Part shown: positions 46,714 to 55,684 of the stretch, in pieces | How positions within the stretch are numbered: position 1 is the stretch's first letter | How the letters are laid out: every line of letters starts with the position of its first letter | IMG/VR virus record: IMGVR_UViG_3300021171_000005 | Location: 1-64,000 of that record | Length of the DNA stretch: 64,000 nucleotides | From: a virus | Reading direction: 5' to 3' (one strand) | The notes under the pieces: generated by a model | Told to the model about the DNA's origin: nothing | Databases searched by the model: none | The model's input: only the letters and a program-made list of their open reading frames with translations | Program-made: the position numbers and the translations under genes

Positions 46714-48644
46714 TGGCTACTCCGACACCACAGCCAATTGATATTTCGGCGGGTTTGGTTCCCAAACAAGATGCGGGGTCCGGTATAGATTTATCTGCCG
46801 GTCTTGATCAGTCCACATCCGGACAACCCGCCGCCCCGCAAGCACCATTCTTAGAACGAATGGGGCAGGGAATTGCTTCTGGTGCTGCTGAAACAGTTGC
46901 GGGGCTGGGCAAGATCGGCAGCCACATTCCCGGTACAAGTTACGTTTCCGAGAAATTAGGTGATGCTCTCGGTCTTCCTAAACTAGGACCCGATCAGAAT
47001 CCCTATGACACCGTAGAGAAATCCGTCCAGCACAATAAAGAGCAAGCCACTAATAATACTGCGGGGCGGATTGGATACGGAGGGGAAACGCTGACTGAAT
47101 TTCTCTTGGGCGACGAGGCTCTAAAAGGTTTGTCGTTGGCGGATAAACTTAAGGCCGCCTCTGGCGTTGCTCAAATGTTTGAGAAATCCCCGAAATTGAT
47201 GAAAGCTGTTCAGATTGGCGCGGATGCCATGAAGAACTATCCAAAGGCTACTGAAATTGTCGGCGAGGCTATGCGGCAAGGAGCGGTACAAGGAACGCAG
47301 ACTCTTGCCAAGACTGGCGGGGATGTTGACGAGGCCGCCAAAGAAGGCGCAACGATGGCCGGGACTTCCGGTGTTCTTGGCGCAGTCGGGGCAGGTGCCG
47401 GAAGCCTTCTTGAAAAAGGCGGCAAAGCCGCACAAACCGTAGAAACACTCGGCAAGGTTGCCGAAGCTGCACCATCCAAGGAAGAAGTAACCGAAGGTGC
47501 TAAAAACGCCGTAGATGCCGCCAAGCAATCCATGCACACGAAGTTCGAGGCGGGCATTCAAGATTTGACCGAACGTTTGGGCGATAAAGAAGTTCCTCAT
47601 GCGGACAGTCCTATCGCCGCTACTGCAAAAGAATTGATTAAGGCTCCCGAACCAGCCGAGCACGGGTTGGTGGCTGCTGCGAAAGAAGCCGCTGGCGAAA
47701 GAATGGACAAACCAGTGAAGGCTTTGCTTGATAAGGCCGCTGCGCAAGAAGGGCAGGCGTGGAAAGTAAATGATTTAGTTGATTTCCGGCAAGCCGTTAG
47801 AAAATTGGCGGATTCTTACCCGCCCGGCGACCCTAATGCCCGAACGCTTTATAAATTGCTACCTTCCGTGGACGATACTTTGGGAAAGTTGGCAGATCAA
47901 TCTGGGGATACTGCTGCTAAATCCGATTACGCGGCACTTCGAAAAGACTACAAAAACAAAATCAAATATTTCACTCCGTCTGGAAAACCAGAGGATCGCA
48001 TTGCTTATGCGACAGCCAATGTTTTACGCACAGGGACCAAAGAAGACATTGGCAAGTATCTCATGAGTGGTGATGCCCGAGCCAAGGTTAAAGCCTTGAC
48101 TGGACTGTTGGGCGATGACGGGGCTAAAGATATTGGTAAAAATGTTTTCAGTACGATGCTAGAAGATGCTTCTCCAAATGGAAGATTGAATCCGACAGCT
48201 CTTGTCCAGAAGTGGGCAAAGTTACCAAATGAAGCCAAGAACAGTCTCTTTGATTCTAAGATTGGCGACACCGCTATCCAACAGCTAATGCAGGATACCA
48301 AAAGCGCCGCTCAAGTTCAGAGATTGATGCGTTTAGGTGTGTTGTCTGCCATCTCTGGACCCATCGCTCATCCTATAGGCGCAGGAGTTGGAACTTTATT
48401 AGGATTGACAATCGAAGGCGGAGGATTTGAGGGCGGACGGAAAATGCTAGATTACGTTGCCAATCACCCCGCAGTTTGGAAAAGTCTTGGATTGGCGGGA
48501 AAAGTTGCAAAAGCCGCCGAGTCCGGAACTGGACAAGCTCTCGGCACCGTAATCAAACAGCAGGCCGGACGCGGACTTAGCAGTGTAATGCAAGGGGCCT
48601 CGCAACCTTTGAGCGAACCCGCACCAATAGGAGAAGAACAATGA
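46713..48644 (+). CDS. large internal virion / ejection protein
   Basis: Ala/Gly/Lys-rich with hydrophobic glycine zippers; N-terminal IDxSAGL repeat. Confidence 0.7.
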   Translation: MATPTPQPIDISAGLVPKQDAGSGIDLSAGLDQSTSGQPAAPQAPFLERMGQGIASGAAETVAGLGKIGSHIPGTSYVSEKLGDALGLPKLGPDQNPYDTVEKSVQHNKEQATNNTAGRIGYGGETLTEFLLGDEALKGLSLADKLKAASGVAQMFEKSPKLMKAVQIGADAMKNYPKATEIVGEAMRQGAVQGTQTLAKTGGDVDEAAKEGATMAGTSGVLGAVGAGAGSLLEKGGKAAQTVETLGKVAEAAPSKEEVTEGAKNAVDAAKQSMHTKFEAGIQDLTERLGDKEVPHADSPIAATAKELIKAPEPAEHGLVAAAKEAAGERMDKPVKALLDKAAAQEGQAWKVNDLVDFRQAVRKLADSYPPGDPNARTLYKLLPSVDDTLGKLADQSGDTAAKSDYAALRKDYKNKIKYFTPSGKPEDRIAYATANVLRTGTKEDIGKYLMSGDARAKVKALTGLLGDDGAKDIGKNVFSTMLEDASPNGRLNPTALVQKWAKLPNEAKNSLFDSKIGDTAIQQLMQDTKSAAQVQRLMRLGVLSAISGPIAHPIGAGVGTLLGLTIEGGGFEGGRKMLDYVANHPAVWKSLGLAGKVAKAAESGTGQALGTVIKQQAGRGLSSVMQGASQPLSEPAPIGEEQ

Positions 48645-48952
48645 AATGCAGCGATCCCAATTGTGTATACGATCAATGTGCCGGGCATACTGAAGTAAAG
48701 CCCTTGGATTATACACACGAACATCAGAAAGTTAAGTCTCGTCTCACCGGTAAAAACGTCGAGATCGCACAAGGGCCGATGCCCGCTGCCGCCGACCCGT
48801 CGAAAGGTGGATTGGTGCCCAGCAATCCGTTTGTTTCGCAGGCTCAAGCTGGCTATCTTCACAGTCATCCATCCGTACTCGGGGCCTCGCGATTGAAAGA
48901 ATGGGATAACGCAACTCGTGGCAAGCACCTGCCAAAGCATGTGAAGAAATAA
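48641..48952 (+). CDS. conserved small phage protein (PF.S.AQ...EW...T...LP type)
   Basis: C-terminal motif. Confidence 0.6.
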   Translation: MKCSDPNCVYDQCAGHTEVKPLDYTHEHQKVKSRLTGKNVEIAQGPMPAAADPSKGGLVPSNPFVSQAQAGYLHSHPSVLGASRLKEWDNATRGKHLPKHVKK

Positions 48953-49413
48953 TGGGATATTCGTTGGGAAATTACGGTATCAGTACCGCCCCGCAACAAA
49001 CGGTAGGCAGCAGTCGCTACGCAGACCTAATCAAAGGTCAGCTAGCATTGACAGCTTGGCGACACGGCAGGACCTACGGTGGCCACGCCGCAAGTCTCTT
49101 GATCGCGCAGGTGATCGCTACGAGAGTTAAAAAGGGCTGGGGTAATTGGTTCGACGTTATTCAGAACATCTATAAATGCTCCGCAACTTTGGAACAACCC
49201 ATTGGCTTTCCGAATGCTTGGGACCGGGATTTTTTGAGAGTACTCGCAGAAATCGATGGCGTGTTCGATGGCACTGCCAAAGACAATACGAATGCGGCAC
49301 TGTTTTGGGCAGACCTTAATAATATAACCTCCGAGTGGTTCCTAGAAAATGTGGCGCGGTCACCTAATCATACCCGTGTAGCAGATATGAATTCATTGAC
49401 GTTCTGGAGCTAA
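48952..49413 (+). CDS. SleB/Hydrolase_2-like cell-wall hydrolase homolog
   Basis: LALTAWRHGR...IAQVIATRV...W..VI, D.T..A.F. Confidence 0.55.
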   Translation: MGYSLGNYGISTAPQQTVGSSRYADLIKGQLALTAWRHGRTYGGHAASLLIAQVIATRVKKGWGNWFDVIQNIYKCSATLEQPIGFPNAWDRDFLRVLAEIDGVFDGTAKDNTNAALFWADLNNITSEWFLENVARSPNHTRVADMNSLTFWS

Positions 49414-50151
49414 ATGGCGACACCTACGGGCATGGCGCAGATTAAGGGTGGATTGTTTCAGGACCTAGAAGGCTCCCCGCTTTCTAATGGCACCCTGCTT
49501 ATTGAACTCAGCCATGACTGCAATTTAGGCAGTGTTCCTGAGCAAGTGGTTGCGGGGCTCAAGCGAATTGTCACGCTGGATACTAACGGAAATATTCCAA
49601 GTAATCCGCCAACGTATTTGTTTATTAATTCGTTGCTTACACCCGCAGGTAGTTACTATATTGTTCGGGGCTTTAAGAGCGACGGCACCAACGCTTTTGG
49701 ACCGCAGTTTTGGGTGATATCCACCGATCCAACCGACGTAGGCACTTTGATTCCTACTAATCCGCCGGGCGGTATTCCGATTGTAGCGGCGGCGACACGA
49801 GTTGCATCGTTCAATTTTCAAGTTGATGGCGGCGGTTCTGCGATTACAACCGGCGCAAAAGGACAGTGGTCAGTTCCGACCGCTTGTACGGTGACCGGGT
49901 GGGTTTTAACAGCGGATCAATCTGGCTCCTGTGTAATAGACGTTTTGCGCTCGACGTATGCGGGGTTTCCTACGACTGTCAGTATTGCCTCGACCGACAA
50001 GCCAACTTTAAGTTCGGCGCAGAAAAATGAGAACCTTGCGTTAAGTGTTTGGACGACGGCTCTCGCACAGGGTGACGAACTCCAAATAAATGTCAATTCG
50101 GCCTCTACGGTGACCCGCGTAAATCTTAGTATTTTGGTTTCGATTCCGTGA
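49414..50151 (+). CDS. tail fibre/appendage protein with shared N-terminal anchor domain
   Basis: GG.FQD..GSPLS.G...ELSHD shared with 50879. Confidence 0.7.
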   Translation: MATPTGMAQIKGGLFQDLEGSPLSNGTLLIELSHDCNLGSVPEQVVAGLKRIVTLDTNGNIPSNPPTYLFINSLLTPAGSYYIVRGFKSDGTNAFGPQFWVISTDPTDVGTLIPTNPPGGIPIVAAATRVASFNFQVDGGGSAITTGAKGQWSVPTACTVTGWVLTADQSGSCVIDVLRSTYAGFPTTVSIASTDKPTLSSAQKNENLALSVWTTALAQGDELQINVNSASTVTRVNLSILVSIP

Positions 50152-50876
50152 GTATCGCCCTAGTACAATCTACGCTCGGCGGCCATACCACATCCTCAAG
50201 TAACGGCAGCATATCTTGTACTGGAAATTTTTCTTCAAATACAACAAGCGGCAATTTTCTTATGGCCGCGTGCTGGTTCACTAGCAGTAATGCAACTCAA
50301 CCGGGACCACCCACTTTATCCACATCTGGACAAGGTGCGGGATTTTGGACACAGCTCGGCGGCTCCGCAGGCGCGGATGGCGGCACTCTTTGGAAGGGAA
50401 AAACGCTTATTGGAATAGTTCCTAATGCCCCTGCCATCTCTTCTGGAACCGCGACAACTTTTAGCTATGCTTCCGGCGGCAATGGTGGAACTAAAACAGT
50501 AGAATTTGCATTATTTGAATTCTCCGGAGTGTCTCAAACTGCGGGGGCAGGCGGTGTGGATAATAGCGGTAACACGTCCGGGGCGGCGAGTACTCCCAAT
50601 CCCGGCAATCTTACCACTACAGCTTCAGATTTATTAGTGGCTATTTATGCTGGGGAAACTGGTTTGATCTCTGCGGGGTCGGGATACGCTCTAGGACCAA
50701 ATCCCGTCGCAGTTCAGTTCGGACAAGTGCAGTATGCTTTAAACGTAACCGCAGGAACAATAGCTACTGCTTTCTCTGGAGGAACCGAAACGCAGTGGGG
50801 CGCGGCAGCTATTGCGTTTTTACCCAGCGTACCGAGCAGTAGTGGCAATAATTCATATGGATTCTATTTCGGATAA
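50148..50876 (+). CDS. Gly/Ser/Thr-rich virion protein
   Basis: I.LVQ...T.GN...EFSGV pattern. Confidence 0.7.
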   Translation: MSIALVQSTLGGHTTSSSNGSISCTGNFSSNTTSGNFLMAACWFTSSNATQPGPPTLSTSGQGAGFWTQLGGSAGADGGTLWKGKTLIGIVPNAPAISSGTATTFSYASGGNGGTKTVEFALFEFSGVSQTAGAGGVDNSGNTSGAASTPNPGNLTTTASDLLVAIYAGETGLISAGSGYALGPNPVAVQFGQVQYALNVTAGTIATAFSGGTETQWGAAAIAFLPSVPSSSGNNSYGFYFG

Positions 50877-50878
50877 AT

Positions 50879-52072
50879 ATGCCCGTACCTAATCTCCAGC
50901 TCACCGGCGGACACTTTCAGGACGAGTTTGGCTCGCCACTGAGTTTTGGATATATTTTACTGGAATTGAGCCACGATGCTAAGGAAACTACTGATCCGGG
51001 AACTGTTTCCGGAGCGCTTAAGAAAACAATCAATCTTGATATAAATGGCAGTATCCCCAGCAATCCACCGGTTTTGCTATGGGATAATGCCGATCTTCTA
51101 CCCAGCGGCACCTTCTACATCGTTCGCTGGTTCAAGCAAGACGGCACGGAAGCCTCTAAATACCCGCAGTACTGGCAGTTAACGGCCTCCCCGAACCCCT
51201 TAGACGTAGGAACGATCATTCCCGTCAATCCGCCCGGTGGATTAATTGGTGGGGGCGGTAGTGGCACAGTAACCAGCGTCGGCCTCGTCATGCCCGCCGA
51301 ATTTACGGTTTCCGGAAGCCCTGTTACGAGTTCCGGAACTATAACAGTTACAAAGGCTAATGAGACGGCCAATACATTATTTGCGGGGCCGGGTAGTGGC
51401 GCAGCCGCCGCGCCAACATTCAGAACACTCGTAGTCAATGATTTCAATTCTGGAACAGGCGCAACGTCTTCTACCTTTTGGCGGGGCGACGGCACTTGGG
51501 CTGCCACCGGAGTCTCGCTAGCTACTGCGGGACAAGGCGGATTTTTCGGACCCGGACTATTCATAGACGGGTCACAGATGGATCAAATTGGCGTTACCTC
51601 CGCTACAGTTGTGAACGCCAATAACCAAGTTCGCGTCACGCAATTCGTTCTCGCGTACTCTATCACGATTCGAAATATCAGCACTGCGGTTTCGAACAAC
51701 GTAGCGGCGAATTCGATCACATTCGGTATTTATAATATGTCCGGAAACAAGTTACTGGATTCCGGCACATTTGCTATAGCTACTTCTCCGACCATACAGA
51801 CAAATACTCTTGGTAGCCCCGTGACACTGAGCCCCGGAGTATATTGGCTTGCTCAATCCTCGACTACGAACTCCGGTTGCACGGTGTTAGGTATCCAGCC
51901 GTCTGATGATACGAAACACGGCGAGATCATGTATAACACGAACTCAGTTCGATACGGGACGGCGGCGAACGCTGCATCCTTCGGAGTGCTCCCGGCAACT
52001 CTCGGAACCGTGACCTCACACTTGCCGAATACCGACGGTGTGGGTATTTCTTGTCCGTTCTTCGAACCATAA
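50879..52072 (+). CDS. tail fibre protein
   Basis: Shared anchor, GTVTSV, FWRGDGTW. Confidence 0.75.
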   Translation: MPVPNLQLTGGHFQDEFGSPLSFGYILLELSHDAKETTDPGTVSGALKKTINLDINGSIPSNPPVLLWDNADLLPSGTFYIVRWFKQDGTEASKYPQYWQLTASPNPLDVGTIIPVNPPGGLIGGGGSGTVTSVGLVMPAEFTVSGSPVTSSGTITVTKANETANTLFAGPGSGAAAAPTFRTLVVNDFNSGTGATSSTFWRGDGTWAATGVSLATAGQGGFFGPGLFIDGSQMDQIGVTSATVVNANNQVRVTQFVLAYSITIRNISTAVSNNVAANSITFGIYNMSGNKLLDSGTFAIATSPTIQTNTLGSPVTLSPGVYWLAQSSTTNSGCTVLGIQPSDDTKHGEIMYNTNSVRYGTAANAASFGVLPATLGTVTSHLPNTDGVGISCPFFEP

Positions 52073-52131
52073 GACTCTACGGCCCAAATCCCCTGCGAGG
52101 CCGATAAATCAATCCTAAGGATATTCTGGCC

Positions 52132-52407
52132 ATGCAAGATTCCACCCCTTTTGCGTGGGCAGTCGATCATATTCAGTTGATTGGCTGGCCCGCAGTGTGT
52201 ATTGCTGTTTATAAATTTGCGCGATTTTTGGATCAAATGCAACATCGCGCAGCCGTTGTAGAAGATAACGTAAATTCAATGGCGTCAAATCACTTCCCGC
52301 ATATGGAAGCCTCATTAAATTCCATCGATGAAACATTACAACGGCAAGAAACTAGATGGGAAGCTTGGCTGACCGCGCAAGCCGCACACAATCGTAAAGA
52401 TTCTTAA
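52132..52407 (+). CDS. single-TM plus coiled-coil protein (holin-like)
   Basis: TM then NH.PH motif and coiled coil. Confidence 0.5.
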   Translation: MQDSTPFAWAVDHIQLIGWPAVCIAVYKFARFLDQMQHRAAVVEDNVNSMASNHFPHMEASLNSIDETLQRQETRWEAWLTAQAAHNRKDS

Positions 52408-52426
52408 TTGTCCACATCTGGACAAA

Positions 52427-52921
52427 CTATAGTTTATTGAGGCAGGCAAACTCCCCGAAATATTTAATTGCAGCTTCGTTATAGGCGCGGGCGGCGTCAA
52501 CCTCATTATCAAAATATCCAAGATGCAGATTCTTTTTACTTCCATCGTTTAACCAAATAACGGAACGCCATCTGCCCTTCTGTTGCGTAACGCCTTTAAA
52601 TTTGGAGTGGGTATTTGATCTAGTTTTCCGTTTATTTCTAGAATTCTCGTGCGCTTTGGAGAGCCGCATATTCTCTTTTCGACAGTCCAGCGCATTATGA
52701 TTGATATGATCAACATAAATACGAGAATCAGTTACGTTCATAATAAATCTGTGTAGTCGAATTTCCTTCTTCTTGCCGGGACTGATGTATTGCCCGCGAT
52801 GAGCATAAATCATTCTGCTGTGCGGAGCGATTAGCACAGACCAGTGGTATTGTGACACTCGTTCATAATCTTCATCATCAACAATTGCTTCGTAGCCTTG
52901 CGTTAACGGTATTCTTTTCAT
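52427..52921 (-). CDS. HNH-AP2 homing endonuclease
   Basis: IPLTQG..AIVDDED, LHRFI, VDHIN..ALD.RK.N, SKFKGV, LGYF...AARAYN.AA...FGEFA. Confidence 0.92.
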   Translation of the reverse strand: MKRIPLTQGYEAIVDDEDYERVSQYHWSVLIAPHSRMIYAHRGQYISPGKKKEIRLHRFIMNVTDSRIYVDHINHNALDCRKENMRLSKAHENSRNKRKTRSNTHSKFKGVTQQKGRWRSVIWLNDGSKKNLHLGYFDNEVDAARAYNEAAIKYFGEFACLNKL

Positions 52922-52928
52922 ACCGCTA

Positions 52929-52957
52929 ATTATACCACACAAAACTCATTCTTTCAA
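52929..52957 (-). promoter_or_regulatory. sigma70-type promoter TTGAAA-17-TATAAT, leaderless
   Basis: TGTG extended -10; ATG 7 nt downstream. Confidence 0.75.
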
Positions 52958-52978
52958 CTATTAAAAAGGACCAATTTT

Positions 52979-53251
52979 ATGGGCTATCAGTTTTATCCGT
53001 TTAAATGTACGCAAGTTACTGTTACCGGAACCGCCACGCAATTAGTGGCAGCAAATGCCTCGCGATCTGGATTTCAAGTTGTAAATACCAGCACCACGGA
53101 CGTTTATCTAGGCGAGTCGAATGTCACTACATCGACAGGGCATCTTCTGACTGGTACGAAGGGCGCAAGTATTGGGTTCGCAACCACACAGGCTGTTTAC
53201 GGAATCACTAGCGGTGCTTCCGAAGTAGTCACGATTCTGGAGACGTTCTAG
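52979..53251 (+). CDS. small beta-sandwich virion protein
   Basis: V.V..TAT.L..AN..R....N......YLG. Confidence 0.65.
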   Translation: MGYQFYPFKCTQVTVTGTATQLVAANASRSGFQVVNTSTTDVYLGESNVTTSTGHLLTGTKGASIGFATTQAVYGITSGASEVVTILETF

Positions 53252-53253
53252 AT

Positions 53254-54363
53254 ATGAACAAACAATATACTGTTCCTACTGGAAATACTCCGGGTTCTGG
53301 CGGCGGGGGCGGAGGAAGCGGCACCGTAACGTCCGTGTCCATGACCGGGGACGGAACCGTACTTAATTCTGTAGTTCCCGGTTCTCCGGTAACGACTTCC
53401 GGTACTTTGGCCCCTACTCTCGCAAACGCGGGGGGCGGCACAGTATTAGGAAATAATACTACGTCGTCTGCAGCTCCTGCTTATACGACCGCGCCTGTGT
53501 TGGGAATCCCCGGTACGTCCACTGGTTCCATAGCTTTGGCGTCTTCCACTGCTTCGGGTAAATATACAATTACCGCTCCCGCAAATGCGGCGACCCCGAC
53601 GCTAACGTTGCCAACGGGAACGGGAACATTTGCTGTTACCGCATCTGCGCCAATTGTCCTGAATGCGACCACTGGGGCATTGACCGCTCCGACCGCAGTT
53701 ACATCTGCTGCATCGTTGACTTCGAATGCAGTGGTTCTTGGCGGGGGTGGGCAAGCAACTTCTACTCAGACTTTTTTAACCACAGATGGTGCGGCCAAGC
53801 TCACTGTCGGTGTGATTGGCGGTGGAAATGGTGTGTTGGCGCTGGCGGGTAATACTAGCGGAACCGCGACATTCACTGCTCCGGCAGTCGCGGGTACTTC
53901 TAACAATCCCGTAGCAGTAAGCAATATTTTAACCGGACCCGATGGAGGGCTGACCACTCCGACTTACGGGTTCACGAATTCAACGAGCATAGGCATGTCG
54001 CAGAGCGGCGGCTCGATGAACCTCAATTCCGCCAGCAACATCAATCTTGCCTCCGGTGGCTCGATCCTGTGGCAGTTTCAGGGCGGCGGCGATTTCCTAT
54101 TTAACAAAGGGAAAGGAGCACACATCCGTACCCAAGCGGCTAACAATGATATGGCCGGTACCCTCACTTCCGGTTCAGGCACAACGGTATCTGCCACGTT
54201 TACCACCAATTATACATCTACTCCTGCCATCGTGATCACTCCTACTACTGCTGGAATCACGTCTGCCATCATTACCTCTCAATCGAATTCAGGATTTACG
54301 ATAACTTACGCTCCTAGCGGAGCCGCTACGTTTAACTATCTCGTTATTGGTAATCCTAATTAG
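53254..54363 (+). CDS. tail fibre protein
   Basis: GTVTSV, Thr/Gly-rich, C-terminal F...Y.S.P...T...F tip domain. Confidence 0.7.
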   Translation: MNKQYTVPTGNTPGSGGGGGGSGTVTSVSMTGDGTVLNSVVPGSPVTTSGTLAPTLANAGGGTVLGNNTTSSAAPAYTTAPVLGIPGTSTGSIALASSTASGKYTITAPANAATPTLTLPTGTGTFAVTASAPIVLNATTGALTAPTAVTSAASLTSNAVVLGGGGQATSTQTFLTTDGAAKLTVGVIGGGNGVLALAGNTSGTATFTAPAVAGTSNNPVAVSNILTGPDGGLTTPTYGFTNSTSIGMSQSGGSMNLNSASNINLASGGSILWQFQGGGDFLFNKGKGAHIRTQAANNDMAGTLTSGSGTTVSATFTTNYTSTPAIVITPTTAGITSAIITSQSNSGFTITYAPSGAATFNYLVIGNPN

Positions 54364-54364
54364 T

Positions 54365-55684
54365 ATGGCAACCCCAAAACCATTCACAAAGCAATCGATA
54401 GTAACAACTTCTGACCAAGATGCCCTTCAAATTAAGGACATTAAAGGAGATGTTGTTGGCTGGATTGATTCGTCCGGAACTGGACAGGGTAATTTGGCGA
54501 GTGGAGGCGGCGGTGGAACTCCCAGTGGATCAAATACTCAAATACAATTCAACGATTCGGGTTCGTTCGGCGGCAATGCAAATTTTGCTTTCAACAAAAG
54601 TGTGAACACAGTTGGAGGCGTAGGAATTGGGCCGGGTAATACTCCGGGTCAAATTGATCCTATTTCTGGCGAAACTTCAGGCCCGACCGGTACATCAATC
54701 CTCGATGTTACTCAAAGTATATCATCGTCTTCGTTGCCCAATAATACAAGTGCAACATTAGTTAGTGGCATCGAGGCAAATCCATCGGCTGATAGTAGTA
54801 ATACATATTTCGCCTTATGGAACATCGCCTCTTCGAAATCCACTAATACTCACGCAATTAGTCAAATTGTCGCGCAGCTAGTTGAAGCTGATCATCTTGG
54901 TAGTGGGGCTGTTACAAATATTATTGGCGTAACTGGAGGCGCGTTCAACGACAGTTCAGGTAGCGTCGCCTCTATAGCGGGATTACTTTATTCAGCCCAA
55001 AATACGGGTAGCGGCCCTGCCACAAGCGTAACAGGAATATTAATTGAGAGTACCGGAGCGGCGGGTTCCGGAACTGTTACAAATAATTATGGAATTCGTG
55101 TTGCCAGTCCCTCAACCGCTGCGGTAGTTTCTCACAACTACGGTCTTCGGATAGAAGATCAAACAGGCGGAGGGGGCAATAACCCAGATACTTGGGCAAT
55201 TTTCGTCGCTGCAGCAGCGGATAAGAGTCAACTTGGCATCGTTCAGATGCAGGGTGCTCTTACCAAATATAATAATATTTCAACAGTTGCAAACGGCATT
55301 CCATCCATATACGGACAAGCGAATCTTACTGCGCAAGGGGCGAATGTAGCGGCAACGACATTATACGCGGTCCCCGCTTCCGGAACCGGTATTTACGAAA
55401 TAACTGTTTATATTGTTGTATCGCAGCCGGGAACAAATTCATCCACTTTGCCGGATTCTCGCCTTATCTATACTGATCAAGATTCCTCGGCCACAATTAC
55501 AGTAAATGCGACGGCGTCAAGTACAGGCAATACCACATCAACCTTCCAACAGTTTACATTTGTGGTAAATGCAAAAGCCTCAACTAATATTCAATACGAC
55601 ATTGGCCAAGTTACCCCCTACGCCACATCCGGAGCAACCTCAATGCAATTTGCGTATAGAGCACGAGCGAAATATCTAGGCTAA
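54365..55684 (+). CDS. tail fibre/spike with the C-terminal VDLTAQ-type domain
   Basis: GSNTQIQFNDSGSFGG, NYG repeats. Confidence 0.7.
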   Translation: MATPKPFTKQSIVTTSDQDALQIKDIKGDVVGWIDSSGTGQGNLASGGGGGTPSGSNTQIQFNDSGSFGGNANFAFNKSVNTVGGVGIGPGNTPGQIDPISGETSGPTGTSILDVTQSISSSSLPNNTSATLVSGIEANPSADSSNTYFALWNIASSKSTNTHAISQIVAQLVEADHLGSGAVTNIIGVTGGAFNDSSGSVASIAGLLYSAQNTGSGPATSVTGILIESTGAAGSGTVTNNYGIRVASPSTAAVVSHNYGLRIEDQTGGGGNNPDTWAIFVAAAADKSQLGIVQMQGALTKYNNISTVANGIPSIYGQANLTAQGANVAATTLYAVPASGTGIYEITVYIVVSQPGTNSSTLPDSRLIYTDQDSSATITVNATASSTGNTTSTFQQFTFVVNAKASTNIQYDIGQVTPYATSGATSMQFAYRARAKYLG

